Assembly: GCA_040217195.1 (NCBI GenBank)
Contig: JAVJNR010000005.1
Span: forward strand, 448,001 to 512,000
Direction of reading: 5' to 3'
DNA from: Leptospiraceae bacterium
Lineage (GTDB): Bacteria; Spirochaetota; Leptospiria; Leptospirales; Leptonemataceae
Length of the DNA stretch: 64,000 nucleotides
Under the pieces are notes generated by a model. That model had not been told where the DNA came from and ran no database searches. It saw only the letters and a program-made list of their open reading frames with translations. Of the stretch, positions 1-9,613 are shown in pieces. The first letter of the stretch is position 1; each line of letters starts with the position of its first letter. The position numbers and the translations under genes were made by a program.

Positions 1-859
1 GTACCACCCCATCGTTCACCCACTCTATATAGGAATCCTGAATGAATTCCAGGGTTACTCGAATGATTTGTTCATCCCCCTGTCCTACTTCAGAGCCGGA
101 TCCAGATTCAATTTGAACCCTGGCGGTAGTTTCCCCCATGGTTCTGGGTGTAACAATTAATGGTTTGGAAAGACCTGAAAGTGCCTCGGTTCCAGGATCC
201 AGAATCACAGATTCTCCCTGTGCAGCCTCGAAGCTGTAGGGCTCACCACCATCCACGATTATCTGCACACGGGCCACGGTTCGTTCCGGACGAGTGCTAT
301 CGATGGCTTCCAGGCACATCTTAACATTGGCACCGTCCTGGCGAAAGGTAAGTGCATTTTCATTGGTCATGGTTTCCATGCCCGGAGTCACACCTTCTGC
401 CGGTAGAAGTATTTCTTGCAAAGATCGATCGGAACAAGCAACCTCGTCGCCGCCTCCGCCAAACTCTGGCAAAGAAACAGTACCGGTGGCAAACAATGCA
501 ATAACGCCAATGATTACTGCTGCAGCAATTCCGCCCAGAATGTACTGTCTATCTGGCATATTGAACGAAACGGAACTGGTAGAACGAGTGAGCTCCTCCA
601 CAGGGGATTGACTTTGATCGATTTGAATTCCGCGATACAGATTTAAGATATGATCACTATCCAGGTTCAGATACTCTGCATAACTGCGTAGAAATCCTGT
701 GGTGTAGGTTTCGCCTGGAAACTGAGAATAATCCTCTGCCTCCAGGGCTTCAATATACTTGGGAGTCATATTGGTTTCCCGCGCAACATCGCGCACGGAA
801 AGCTTACGACTTTCCCGGGACTCCTTTAGAATGGCTCCCACTCTTTTCGCTAATACCAT
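1..859 (-). CDS. rodZ: RodZ-like cytoskeletal protein (HTH + TM + C-terminal periplasmic domain); 3' end runs off the window
   Basis: Not in the ORF track because it is partial. Manual translation from ATG 859 (GGGAG SD upstream) gives MVLAKRVGAILKESRESRKLSVRDVARETNMTPKYIEALEAEDYSQFPGETYTTGFLRSYAEYLNLD, a typical RodZ HTH. It follows ftsK-lolA. Confidence 0.85.
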   Translation of the reverse strand, partial: MVLAKRVGAILKESRESRKLSVRDVARETNMTPKYIEALEAEDYSQFPGETYTTGFLRSYAEYLNLDSDHILNLYRGIQIDQSQSPVEELTRSTSSVSFNMPDRQYILGGIAAAVIIGVIALFATGTVSLPEFGGGGDEVACSDRSLQEILLPAEGVTPGMETMTNENALTFRQDGANVKMCLEAIDSTRPERTVARVQIIVDGGEPYSFEAAQGESVILDPGTEALSGLSKPLIVTPRTMGETTARVQIESGSGSEVGQGDEQIIRVTLEFIQDSYIEWVNDGVV

Positions 860-904
860 GGTTCTTTTTACTCCCGAAAGGGCTAATTCTATAATAGGCC
901 GTAA

Positions 905-1585
905 TTATTCAACCAGTGGATTGGCCACTATCTGATCGTTATCGTCTGGCTGAAACTGGAACACTTTCCCTTCCAGCTGGATATCTGTGCGGATATTCTT
1001 CAGAGTGATGGTGGTGGTCTCACCGGTGCCGTCTGTGGCTACGGCTTTATAAACCAGAAACTTCTCTGAATCAATATAGAGCAAAATATGTTCGAAGCCG
1101 CCCACCTTTTCCTTCTGTTCCATTTCCAGAACATAGCAGGGCTTACCATCGATTTCTCTGGGCTGATTTTTCTGGTCGAATTTATAATGATACCGATTAA
1201 ACAGACGCTTTAGGCCCGGTCCCGGAGCTACAGAGAAAATATCTCGCTCCCCTTCTTTGGGCTTTAAAGTCAAATCCTGCTTACCTACTGCATTCAATCG
1301 AGCAATCTTGATCCAGAGGGTTCTTCCATCAGAGACGATTCGATTTCCGGCAGGATTATTGAAATCAAAGCTCAAATTGGCCGGCGCTTTATAGTAGGCG
1401 GTGCCGGTCATGGTCTTTCCGCCCTTGCCATTTATGGCAAAACTGGCCTGATAATTCTCAATTTTTTCGTACCGGTCCTGAACCTTTCGGGCCACCTCAG
1501 CATGAGAAAGCCGATCGTAGGGTTCGGCCATAAGAGAAAGGCTCAGAATTAGATACAATCCGGCCAGTTTAGTAAATCGTCTCAC
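905..1585 (-). CDS. lolA: Outer-membrane lipoprotein carrier LolA family
   Basis: Signal peptide; GTAYYKAP...IVSDGRTLW and final FQFQP motifs; directly downstream of ftsK. Confidence 0.85.
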   Translation of the reverse strand: MRRFTKLAGLYLILSLSLMAEPYDRLSHAEVARKVQDRYEKIENYQASFAINGKGGKTMTGTAYYKAPANLSFDFNNPAGNRIVSDGRTLWIKIARLNAVGKQDLTLKPKEGERDIFSVAPGPGLKRLFNRYHYKFDQKNQPREIDGKPCYVLEMEQKEKVGGFEHILLYIDSEKFLVYKAVATDGTGETTTITLKNIRTDIQLEGKVFQFQPDDNDQIVANPLVE

Positions 1586-1627
1586 ACTATCCCGTTCCTC
1601 CAGTTACACCGGAGGGTCAAGGTCTTT

Positions 1628-4600
1628 TCAGTCCCGTTTCAGGATCTCTCTGGGACGATTCCCTATAGCCGGCCCCAGATAGCCCATCTGCTCCAGATTC
1701 TCAATCAGATTGGCTGCCCGGTTGTATCCAATGCGCAGTCGTCTCTGCACGTAGGATGTGGATGTTTTTCCACTTTCCAGGATAATCTTCCAGGCCTCGG
1801 ATAACAGCTCAGAATCCACGTCCTCGGATACACCTTCGGACTCCATGTCTTCTCCAGGCAATTCTACAAAGTTGGGAGATCCATGTTTGCGCGCCTCTCT
1901 CACAATATCTTCAATTTCCTCTTCAGAAACCATGGGAGACTGGATTCGCACGGGGGCTGCTGCTGTGGGGCTTTTATATAGCATATCTCCTCTGCCCAGA
2001 AGACTTTCTGCACCGTTGGAATCCAGAATAACTCTGGAATCTGTTTTCTGAGCCACCTGGAATGCGATTCGCGCAGGACAGTTGGCTTTGATCAGTGCAG
2101 TGATTACATCCACCGAAGGTCTTTGAGTGGCCATGATCAGATGAATGCCCACAGCCCTGGCTTTTTGAGTTAGTCGAATAATGGAATCTTCCACGTCCTT
2201 GGCAGACACCATCATAAGATCAGAAAGCTCATCTATGAGTACTACAACGTACGGCATAGGATCATGTTCGATTCTTCCTTCCTTTACCTTTTCATTGAAG
2301 CTTCGAATATCTCGCACCTTGCGCCTGGAAAGAATTTGGTAGCGTCTTTCCATTTCCTGCACGGCCCATTGCAGAGCCCGACTGGCCTTGCGCACATCTG
2401 TAATTACAGGATATAGTAGATGCGGAATTCCCTCATATAGTTTGAGTTCCACCATTTTGGGATCCACCATCAGGAATCGCACTTCTTCCGGGGAGCGGTT
2501 GTAAAGAATGGAAGCGATGACAGAATTCATGTACACCGATTTACCGGAACCGGTGGCTCCGGCAATCAGCAGATGGGGCAATCGGGCAAGATCCACATAC
2601 AGGTTGGAACCCGCAATGTCCTTGCCCAGAGCAATGCCCAGTTCCCGATGTCGGGCAAAGAAATTCTCATCCTTTCGGGCCAGATCACCCAGAGTTACGT
2701 TTTCCCTTACGCTGTTGGGAAGTTCGATCCCAATGGTACTTTTTCCTGGAATTGGAGCTACAATCCGGACGCTGTGAGCGGCCAGATGCATTCGTATTTC
2801 ATCTTGAATCCTCAGTAGACGATTCACTCGCACTCCGGGCTCAGGTCTCACTTCATACTGAGTAATCATAGGTCCGCGAGTGGCATGAACTACAGAAGCC
2901 TGGATTCCATAATCGCGCATTACTCCTTCCAGGCGCTCCTTTACTCCTTCAATTTCGCGAGCTACATCGTTGCGTTCTGGCCGACGAGAAAACTGTAAAA
3001 TACTGAGAGGCAGTTTATATCCTTTAAGTCCTGTAATTGGCGGAACCAGGGTTTCATTTTCTGGCTCATATACGCTTGTGCTAATTCCTTCAGACTTCTT
3101 GGCCGTAGCCGGCGGACGCGGTATGCCAGCGCTCTTAGACTCTTCAATGTCAGATGTGTGCAAATTGGCCGCTTCATCCTCCGACTGAACGTTTATCTGC
3201 TGCTCTTGCGAATCCTCTAACGGAGCTGAGCCTCGAGAGTCCAGGGACAGAGAGCTTTCGTTTCGGAAATCCGCCGCGGATTGATCCAGATCTTCTGCAT
3301 AGTCCAAATCGTGGGAATCTTCCAGAAGGGATCTGCTTTCAAGATCTGTTTCCAGAACGGCGCTTTCCTCTGAATTTGAATAGGAATCCATTTCTGAATC
3401 TGCATCCGCAGAAGGATCTTCAATGGAAACATACCCTGGTTCGTCCAGCGACACAGCCGAAGATGGCTTTTCCAGATCCAGTACACTTGAGGGAGATACG
3501 TATCGAGCCGTGGAATCTGCTATTCTAGAATCAGCACCAAGTCGAGAAATACCAGATGATCCGGAAGCGTCTGGACTCTTTCTGAGACCAGGCTCAAGCT
3601 CCAGAACTCCCAGAAAACCATCCTCCTGTCTTCTAAAAGGAGTGCTTCTCTTTCTCTGGAAATGGAAAGATCGGCCCGAACGGTCAAAGAAGCCCGGAAT
3701 GGGATTTCTACCTGGGCCGTTATCGCCATCATCCAGCTCTTCTAGAGAGTCCGCAGATTCTAGAAAGTCATCCAGGCTATGAGCCCGCTCCATGGTATTT
3801 TCTTCGCCATTCCAACCGGGATAGCCAGAACCGGGCTCTCCATTGGGACCGAACACTTCCTGCTGATGTTCCATCTCCAGAATGGACTGTTTCATAGGAT
3901 CCATGCCTGAATGGTACCGACCGGAAGCGGAGGGTCGGAAAGCCGCCTGGCGTCGCATGGGTTCTTCCTCTTCTACCACTCGTTTCTCAATCCATGGTTT
4001 CTGGCCATTCTGTTCTTTCTTTTCCCAGAAGGGTTCTTTCATTGTCTCGTCCTGATTCGAATAATCCTGATAGGTCATAGCTGTTTGTGAATTTCTGGCT
4101 GGTTGCACATGGCCGGCCATTTCGCTCCAGTCCTTCAGGGCCGCTTCTCCGGTAGTTGCTACTGGCTGATTGGCCTGTAAATCCTGGTCCTCTGTTTCTT
4201 TCACTGCAGGAGGAGGGAATAAAACATAGAGCAATCTGTGAAAACCGGTCTGACCGCCTCGTTTCATTTGATCAAATCTGCTACGGGTTAGATTAAGAAA
4301 TACCGGAAAGGGCAATCGGAAGGTGTACAGAAATCCTGGAACCAGAATACCCAGAGCCACCAGGAAAGCACCATAGGTCCCGAACAAAAAGCGAAGCAGT
4401 TCTCCTACCCGATGACCCAGAGCGCCGCCGCCACTGATGGGATCTGTGCCCTGCACGTCCGAATAGGTCATGGGAGTATAAAAATGAAAAAAAAGCGAAA
4501 GTGCAGTAACCATAGTTAGAGAGCCAAGCAGCCCTGGAACGTAGTCTTCGCTGCGCGATTGAACCAGACCGCGAAGACCCATGTAGGCCATTATTGGCCC

Positions 4601-4834
4601 CAGAATATAGGAGGCCTTTCCAAACAGAATAAACAGAAGCATGGCACCGTAATGGCCTACGGTACCGGTCCAGTTTTCTACGGTTCCTGGTTTCAGCCCC
4701 ATGGCTGCCTGATTATCATAGGATATCACAGCCAGGCTTAGAAGTAGCCCAATTAAGATAAGCAGTGAACCCAGGATCTCATTGAATCCGGGATTTGCTG
4801 CCTTCGGGGGAAGATTTGTGTCTGGTTCGGCCAT
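1628..4834 (-). CDS. ftsK: DNA translocase FtsK
   Basis: N-terminal 4TM domain, long linker, PHLLIAGATGSGKS Walker A, IDELSDLM, ATQRPSVD, gamma domain STSYVQRRLRIGYNRAA. Confidence 0.97.
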   Translation of the reverse strand: MAEPDTNLPPKAANPGFNEILGSLLILIGLLLSLAVISYDNQAAMGLKPGTVENWTGTVGHYGAMLLFILFGKASYILGPIMAYMGLRGLVQSRSEDYVPGLLGSLTMVTALSLFFHFYTPMTYSDVQGTDPISGGGALGHRVGELLRFLFGTYGAFLVALGILVPGFLYTFRLPFPVFLNLTRSRFDQMKRGGQTGFHRLLYVLFPPPAVKETEDQDLQANQPVATTGEAALKDWSEMAGHVQPARNSQTAMTYQDYSNQDETMKEPFWEKKEQNGQKPWIEKRVVEEEEPMRRQAAFRPSASGRYHSGMDPMKQSILEMEHQQEVFGPNGEPGSGYPGWNGEENTMERAHSLDDFLESADSLEELDDGDNGPGRNPIPGFFDRSGRSFHFQRKRSTPFRRQEDGFLGVLELEPGLRKSPDASGSSGISRLGADSRIADSTARYVSPSSVLDLEKPSSAVSLDEPGYVSIEDPSADADSEMDSYSNSEESAVLETDLESRSLLEDSHDLDYAEDLDQSAADFRNESSLSLDSRGSAPLEDSQEQQINVQSEDEAANLHTSDIEESKSAGIPRPPATAKKSEGISTSVYEPENETLVPPITGLKGYKLPLSILQFSRRPERNDVAREIEGVKERLEGVMRDYGIQASVVHATRGPMITQYEVRPEPGVRVNRLLRIQDEIRMHLAAHSVRIVAPIPGKSTIGIELPNSVRENVTLGDLARKDENFFARHRELGIALGKDIAGSNLYVDLARLPHLLIAGATGSGKSVYMNSVIASILYNRSPEEVRFLMVDPKMVELKLYEGIPHLLYPVITDVRKASRALQWAVQEMERRYQILSRRKVRDIRSFNEKVKEGRIEHDPMPYVVVLIDELSDLMMVSAKDVEDSIIRLTQKARAVGIHLIMATQRPSVDVITALIKANCPARIAFQVAQKTDSRVILDSNGAESLLGRGDMLYKSPTAAAPVRIQSPMVSEEEIEDIVREARKHGSPNFVELPGEDMESEGVSEDVDSELLSEAWKIILESGKTSTSYVQRRLRIGYNRAANLIENLEQMGYLGPAIGNRPREILKRD

Positions 4835-4966
4835 TCAGGGAATGTATCGGCCATTTGAGCGGGATTATGTTTCTAAAAATATGAATCTGATTCGGTTCGG
4901 GAGCCGCACTCCTGCAGAACATTCCAGAGTAAGCGGGCTACAGGATTGAAACCGGGACAACAGGGA

Positions 4967-5422
4967 TCAGGCCAGTCCGGTACTTCCGAATCCACCGCTG
5001 CCACGATCTGTAATGCCCAGCTCCTGGGCTGTGCTGGCAGGTTGCCACTCAACAGAGACCTCTTTTTCAAGAAGCACCTGTGCGATTCGATCCCCGTTTT
5101 CTATAACAAAATCCTGACGGTCATGATTCATTAGTATGATCTTTAGCTCGCCCCGATAGTCCGAATCAATGGTGCCGGGTGCATTCAGACAGGTGACTCC
5201 GTGGTTTAAGGCCAGCCCGCTGCGAGGGCGCACAGAAAGAAGGAAACCCCGGGGAATGGCAAAGTACAATCCGGTGGGCACTGCAAATCTCTGTCCAGGT
5301 CCAATCTTTAGATTCGTATCGGATGGCAGATGAGCGCATACATCGTACGCGGCGGCGCCTTCTGTCTTCTTCTCTGGAGGATGGGCCCCGGGAGCTTTAT
5401 AGTACTTTACCTGTTCTGCCAT
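4967..5422 (-). CDS. dut: dUTP diphosphatase
   Basis: RPRSGLA, GTIDSDYRGE, GDRIAQ, RGSGGFGSTG motifs. Confidence 0.97.
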   Translation of the reverse strand: MAEQVKYYKAPGAHPPEKKTEGAAAYDVCAHLPSDTNLKIGPGQRFAVPTGLYFAIPRGFLLSVRPRSGLALNHGVTCLNAPGTIDSDYRGELKIILMNHDRQDFVIENGDRIAQVLLEKEVSVEWQPASTAQELGITDRGSGGFGSTGLA

Positions 5423-5587
5423 GCATCAGGCTTCCGATTGTTGTTACAGAAGGCAAGGATTTAGCGCAGGAAACTCGAGTGCAAATTTCAGACTTCCAGA
5501 TTAAGGAACAGCCTGCACGAATTGGGCGCATTTCCTACCCTGCTTTTTAGACGTATTTCTCGATGTTTCGAGCCGAATCAGTGGCAT

Positions 5588-5616
5588 AAAAAAGGCCCCG
5601 AATTCCGAGGCCTTTT
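5588..5616 (-). terminator. Intrinsic terminator downstream of pnp
   Basis: Minus strand AAAAGGCCTCGG-AATT-CGGGGCCTTTTTT, about 35 nt after the pnp stop. Confidence 0.8.
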
Positions 5617-5652
5617 CTAGAGAATGTAATTCTCTACGTCTTTATGTAGAAA

Positions 5653-7917
5653 TCAGCGTCTCGGTCCGCGACCGCCGCCGCCTCCGCCACCGGGGCGACC
5701 ACCGGGTCGTCGACCGCCGCCTCCACCGCCAGGGCGTCCACCGCCAGGGCGTCCACCTCCGCGATGGCCACCGCCACCTCCGTTGGAGCCTGCGCCAGAA
5801 GCTGCGAATTCATCCGCCAGTTCTTCTCGAACCAGGTCAACTCTTCCGAATTGATCTACTCCCAGAACACGAACCTTGATGGAATCACCAATATCTACCA
5901 CATCCTTTACGGAATTCACTCGCTCTTTTGAAAGCTTGGAAATATGAAGCAATCCTTCTTTTCCAGGGAATAGCTCAATAAATGCACCGAAATCTACGAT
6001 TCGTTTTACAGTGCCTTCGTAGGACTCCCCAACTTCCACTTCTCTAAAAATATCTTCGATTAGCTTCTGGGCCAGTTCCGCCGCCTGAGTGTTCGTAGCG
6101 GCGATGGTTACTTTTCCATCGTCTTCTACGTTGAGATCGGCACCGGACTTTTCGATAATGCTGCGAATAACCTTTCCGCCTGGACCAATCAGCTCTCCAA
6201 TTCGATCCTGATCGATTTGAATTGTAGTAATCCTTGGAGCATTGGGAGACACATCAGATCTGGCTTCTTGAATGGCACCATCCATCTTTTCCAGAATATG
6301 CATTCTGCCTTTTTCAGCCTGAGCCAGAGCAGCTCTCAGAATCTCAACCGAAAGTCCTTTGACTTTGATATCCAGTTGGAAGGCAGTAATACCTTTTTTG
6401 GTTCCTGCCACCTTGAAGTCCATATCACCGAAATGGTCTTCTATGCCTGCAATATCGCTGAGAATACAATAGTCGTTGTTATCGCCCATGATCAGACCCA
6501 TGGCAATGCCGGAAACGCTTCGTGGAACCGGCACACCGGCTGCCATCATTGCCAGAGATCCGGAACAAACCGATGCCATGGAGGAAGAACCGTTAGATTC
6601 TAAGATCTCCGAAACAACTCGAATTACATAGGGAAATTCGGATTTGTCGGGCACCATTCGCTTTAGTGCTCGTTCTGCCAGGTTTCCATGGCCTACTTCC
6701 CGACGCCCGGGGCCCATCATACGCTTTACTTCGCCGGTAGAATACGGTGGAAAGTTGTAGTGAAGCATGAAGTGCTTCTGCCTTTCGCCGGACAGGGTTT
6801 CGATTTTCTGGTAATCGTCTCCCGTACCCAGAGTCACTACACCCAGAGACTGTGTCTGGCCACGGGTAAACACGGATGATCCATGCACACCCGGCAATAC
6901 ATCCAGCTCAATGGAGATATCTCGAATTTCATCCAGCTTGCGACCATCGGCCCGAATGCCTTTCTCGAAGCAGGATTTTCGCACGACCAGGTATTCCAGC
7001 TCATGCATGTATCCCTTTATATCTCTAAGAACCGTTTCCTGCTCTTTTTCGTCCCGGTCCGCAACCAGTTCAGCCTGCACGTATTCCAGGGCTTCGTTGT
7101 AGACTGCTTTAACAGATTCGGAGCGACCTTCTTTGCCTTTTGCAGAGTTAGCCGCTTCCAGCTTTTCAAAAAATTTCGATTTAACCTTTTCTCGGATTGA
7201 TTCATCCGGTTTACGAAGAGCAACTTCTCGCTTCTCCGGACTAACTTTCTTGATCAGTTCTTCCTGGATTTCGATCTTTTCTTTGATCTTCTGATGTGCG
7301 AAATCCAGAGCTTCGATCATCTCTTCGGAGGAAATCTCTTGAGCTCCCCCTTCAATCATCATTACAGCATCTTTGGAACCAGCTACCAGCAGTTCCAGAT
7401 CCCCTTCCTTGATTTCTTCTTTCGTGGGATCAGCCAGTAGTTTACCATCTTTGCGACCAACCAGTACACCGGCCACAGGCCCGTGAAATGGAATATCTGA
7501 AACACCCAGGGCTGCCGATGCGGCCGCAATTGCATGGCCTTCAATGGAAACAGTGGGATCAGCAGACAGTACCGTAACCAGAAGCTGCACTTCGCAGAAA
7601 TAACCTTCTGGAAACAGCGGGCGGATGGGGCGGTCAATAAGTCGTGAGGTCAGGGTTTCATGTTCCAGCGGACGAGCTTCTCTTTTGAAGTATCCACCGG
7701 GAACCCGGCCTACCGAGTAGATTTTTTCGCGATAATCCACCGTAAGTGGGAAGAACTCCTGTCCTTCTCGCGCTTCCTTTTCAGCGCATACGGTGGCGAG
7801 CATTACCAGATTTCCGTAGCGATAAACTACGGCTCCATGGGCTTGTTTGGCCCAATTACCAGTTTCTATAGACAGACCGGTTCCATTCCAGTCTGCTTCT
7901 GACTTGTGATAGTCCAT
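5653..7917 (-). CDS. pnp: Polyribonucleotide nucleotidyltransferase (PNPase)
   Basis: [45 protein letters not shown] and S1 domains; Gly/Arg-rich C-tail. Confidence 0.98.
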   Translation of the reverse strand: MDYHKSEADWNGTGLSIETGNWAKQAHGAVVYRYGNLVMLATVCAEKEAREGQEFFPLTVDYREKIYSVGRVPGGYFKREARPLEHETLTSRLIDRPIRPLFPEGYFCEVQLLVTVLSADPTVSIEGHAIAAASAALGVSDIPFHGPVAGVLVGRKDGKLLADPTKEEIKEGDLELLVAGSKDAVMMIEGGAQEISSEEMIEALDFAHQKIKEKIEIQEELIKKVSPEKREVALRKPDESIREKVKSKFFEKLEAANSAKGKEGRSESVKAVYNEALEYVQAELVADRDEKEQETVLRDIKGYMHELEYLVVRKSCFEKGIRADGRKLDEIRDISIELDVLPGVHGSSVFTRGQTQSLGVVTLGTGDDYQKIETLSGERQKHFMLHYNFPPYSTGEVKRMMGPGRREVGHGNLAERALKRMVPDKSEFPYVIRVVSEILESNGSSSMASVCSGSLAMMAAGVPVPRSVSGIAMGLIMGDNNDYCILSDIAGIEDHFGDMDFKVAGTKKGITAFQLDIKVKGLSVEILRAALAQAEKGRMHILEKMDGAIQEARSDVSPNAPRITTIQIDQDRIGELIGPGGKVIRSIIEKSGADLNVEDDGKVTIAATNTQAAELAQKLIEDIFREVEVGESYEGTVKRIVDFGAFIELFPGKEGLLHISKLSKERVNSVKDVVDIGDSIKVRVLGVDQFGRVDLVREELADEFAASGAGSNGGGGGHRGGGRPGGGRPGGGGGGRRPGGRPGGGGGGGRGPRR

Positions 7918-7947
7918 TAATTCCTTCCGAACCGAGAGAGGAAAACT

Positions 7948-8214
7948 TTACTTACGGATTCCGAGTTCGCCAATGATCTTCTTGTAGGACTCTACGTTCT
8001 TTCTCTTGAGATAGTCCAGGAGCTTTCGACGTCGGCCCACCAGCTTCAACAGTCCGCGACGGGAGTGGTGGTCGGTCTTGTGGGTTTTGAAGTGCTCGGT
8101 CAGTTCCCGAATGCGTTCTGTGAGCAGGGCGATCTGAATTTCCGAGGATCCGGTATCCTTATCTCCCTTCCCGTATTGCTTCAGGATTTCTCTTTTGCGT
8201 TCGGCTGTGATCAT
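7948..8214 (-). CDS. rpsO: 30S ribosomal protein S15
   Basis: [13 protein letters not shown]...[25 protein letters not shown]. Confidence 0.98.
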   Translation of the reverse strand: MITAERKREILKQYGKGDKDTGSSEIQIALLTERIRELTEHFKTHKTDHHSRRGLLKLVGRRRKLLDYLKRKNVESYKKIIGELGIRK

Positions 8215-8311
8215 CTCTCTTCTTTTATTACCTTTTTTAACTTAATCTTCCATATTCCGCTGGAGGCCTGTGCAGAAAAGCAAATTTCCCGACCTTAGTA
8301 GAAAAAGGACG

Positions 8312-9277
8312 TCAGGGCTGCTCCACGAAAACCTTTTTCAGGCTGTAAGCGTTACCCTCACGCCGGGCAATGGCCAGCATTCTTCCATCCGGTCGAAGAA
8401 TCAGAAAATTCTCGCCATCTTTCTCTGGTAGAGGTACCGGAATCTTCTTGCCCTGCTCCAACTGAATAGCTCGATTCACATCCAGGCGAGCCTGGTACCA
8501 TTCAGGAAAGGCCTGAGGCAGAGGAATAATCCGGGGCTCCTCCATCGGTTTCCCATCATCGAACTGCGGTTTCCAGGCATCTTCAATTTTAAAAGGCCCC
8601 ACAGATGTGCGACGCAGGTTTTCCAGATGGAACGGAAATCCCAGATCCCGGGAAAAATCCCGAACAATGGAGCGAATATAGGTTCCAGAGCTTACAGAGA
8701 ATCTGCAATGTACTGTGAATCCTTCATCATCTGGCCGGAATTGCAGCAAAGAGGACTCATAGATATGCACTGGCCTGGGCTTCAGTTCCACACTTTGACC
8801 TTTTCGCACTCGATCCGAGACCCTCTGCCCCTGCTGCTTAAGGGCAGAATAGTCCGGCGGAATCTGCTGGCGGGATCCGATACAATGCGCAATCCAGTCT
8901 TGCATCCTGGACTGATTACTTTCTAGAAAGGCCTTACATTGATCGAAATCCGCTTCATCGGTTACAGTGCCGGATGGATCATGGGTATCGGTGAATTTGC
9001 CCGCCCGAAAGATGGCTTCATAGGTCTTATCATATTTGAGCAGGGTATCTGCCAGCACGGTTGCTCGTCCGACTACAAGGACTAGAAGTCCGCTGGCAAA
9101 TCGATCCAGGGTTCCTGTATGCCCGATCCTTCGAATGCCGGTGGCCCGTCGGGCACGACTGACCATCTCAGCTGAACCAGGACCGGCCGGCTTATCTACA
9201 AGCAGCAAGCCATCAATGGGTCCTGACAACAGAGCCGCAGATCTAGAGGCCTTTTTCGATTTTGTCGAGGATGGCAT
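8312..9277 (-). CDS. truB: tRNA pseudouridine(55) synthase TruB
   Basis: DKPAG, GHTGTLDRFASGLL, PPDYSALK, SSGTYIRS. Start is uncertain; ATG 9277 overlaps the rbfA 3' end. Confidence 0.93.
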   Translation of the reverse strand: MPSSTKSKKASRSAALLSGPIDGLLLVDKPAGPGSAEMVSRARRATGIRRIGHTGTLDRFASGLLVLVVGRATVLADTLLKYDKTYEAIFRAGKFTDTHDPSGTVTDEADFDQCKAFLESNQSRMQDWIAHCIGSRQQIPPDYSALKQQGQRVSDRVRKGQSVELKPRPVHIYESSLLQFRPDDEGFTVHCRFSVSSGTYIRSIVRDFSRDLGFPFHLENLRRTSVGPFKIEDAWKPQFDDGKPMEEPRIIPLPQAFPEWYQARLDVNRAIQLEQGKKIPVPLPEKDGENFLILRPDGRMLAIARREGNAYSLKKVFVEQP

Positions 9278-9584
9278 CGCCCTCTCGGATACTGGTATCC
9301 AGTTCAAAATGGATACGGGGAGTCTGTCTCAGACGAAGGGAGCGACCCATCGCGCTTTGAAAGAATTTTACGGCCGCTGTAAGACCACGCCAGGTATCCG
9401 GATGCTCTTCTTCGGGGCCGAACAGAGAAATAAATACGGTGGCTTCCGAGAGGTCCGGGGCCAGGCTTACACGGGTAACGGAAACGAATCCAATGCGCTC
9501 ATCCTTGATCCTGCGTTTGATGATTAGTTCGGATAACTCGCGAACAATCGCAGATTCCAGACGCTTTTGACGAACCGGGTTCAT
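9243..9584 (-). CDS. rbfA: 30S ribosome-binding factor RbfA
   Basis: IKDERIGFVSVTRVSLAPDLSEATVF, LRQTPRIHFELDTS; between infB and truB. Confidence 0.95.
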   Translation of the reverse strand: MNPVRQKRLESAIVRELSELIIKRRIKDERIGFVSVTRVSLAPDLSEATVFISLFGPEEEHPDTWRGLTAAVKFFQSAMGRSLRLRQTPRIHFELDTSIREGDAILDKIEKGL

Positions 9585-9613
9585 ATACTTTGAAGTCTGG
9601 GAGATGAATCATC

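Noticed and set aside
294..646. Plus-strand ORFs 294-611 and 416-646
   Set aside because: They are antisense shadows of the partial rodZ gene on the minus strand
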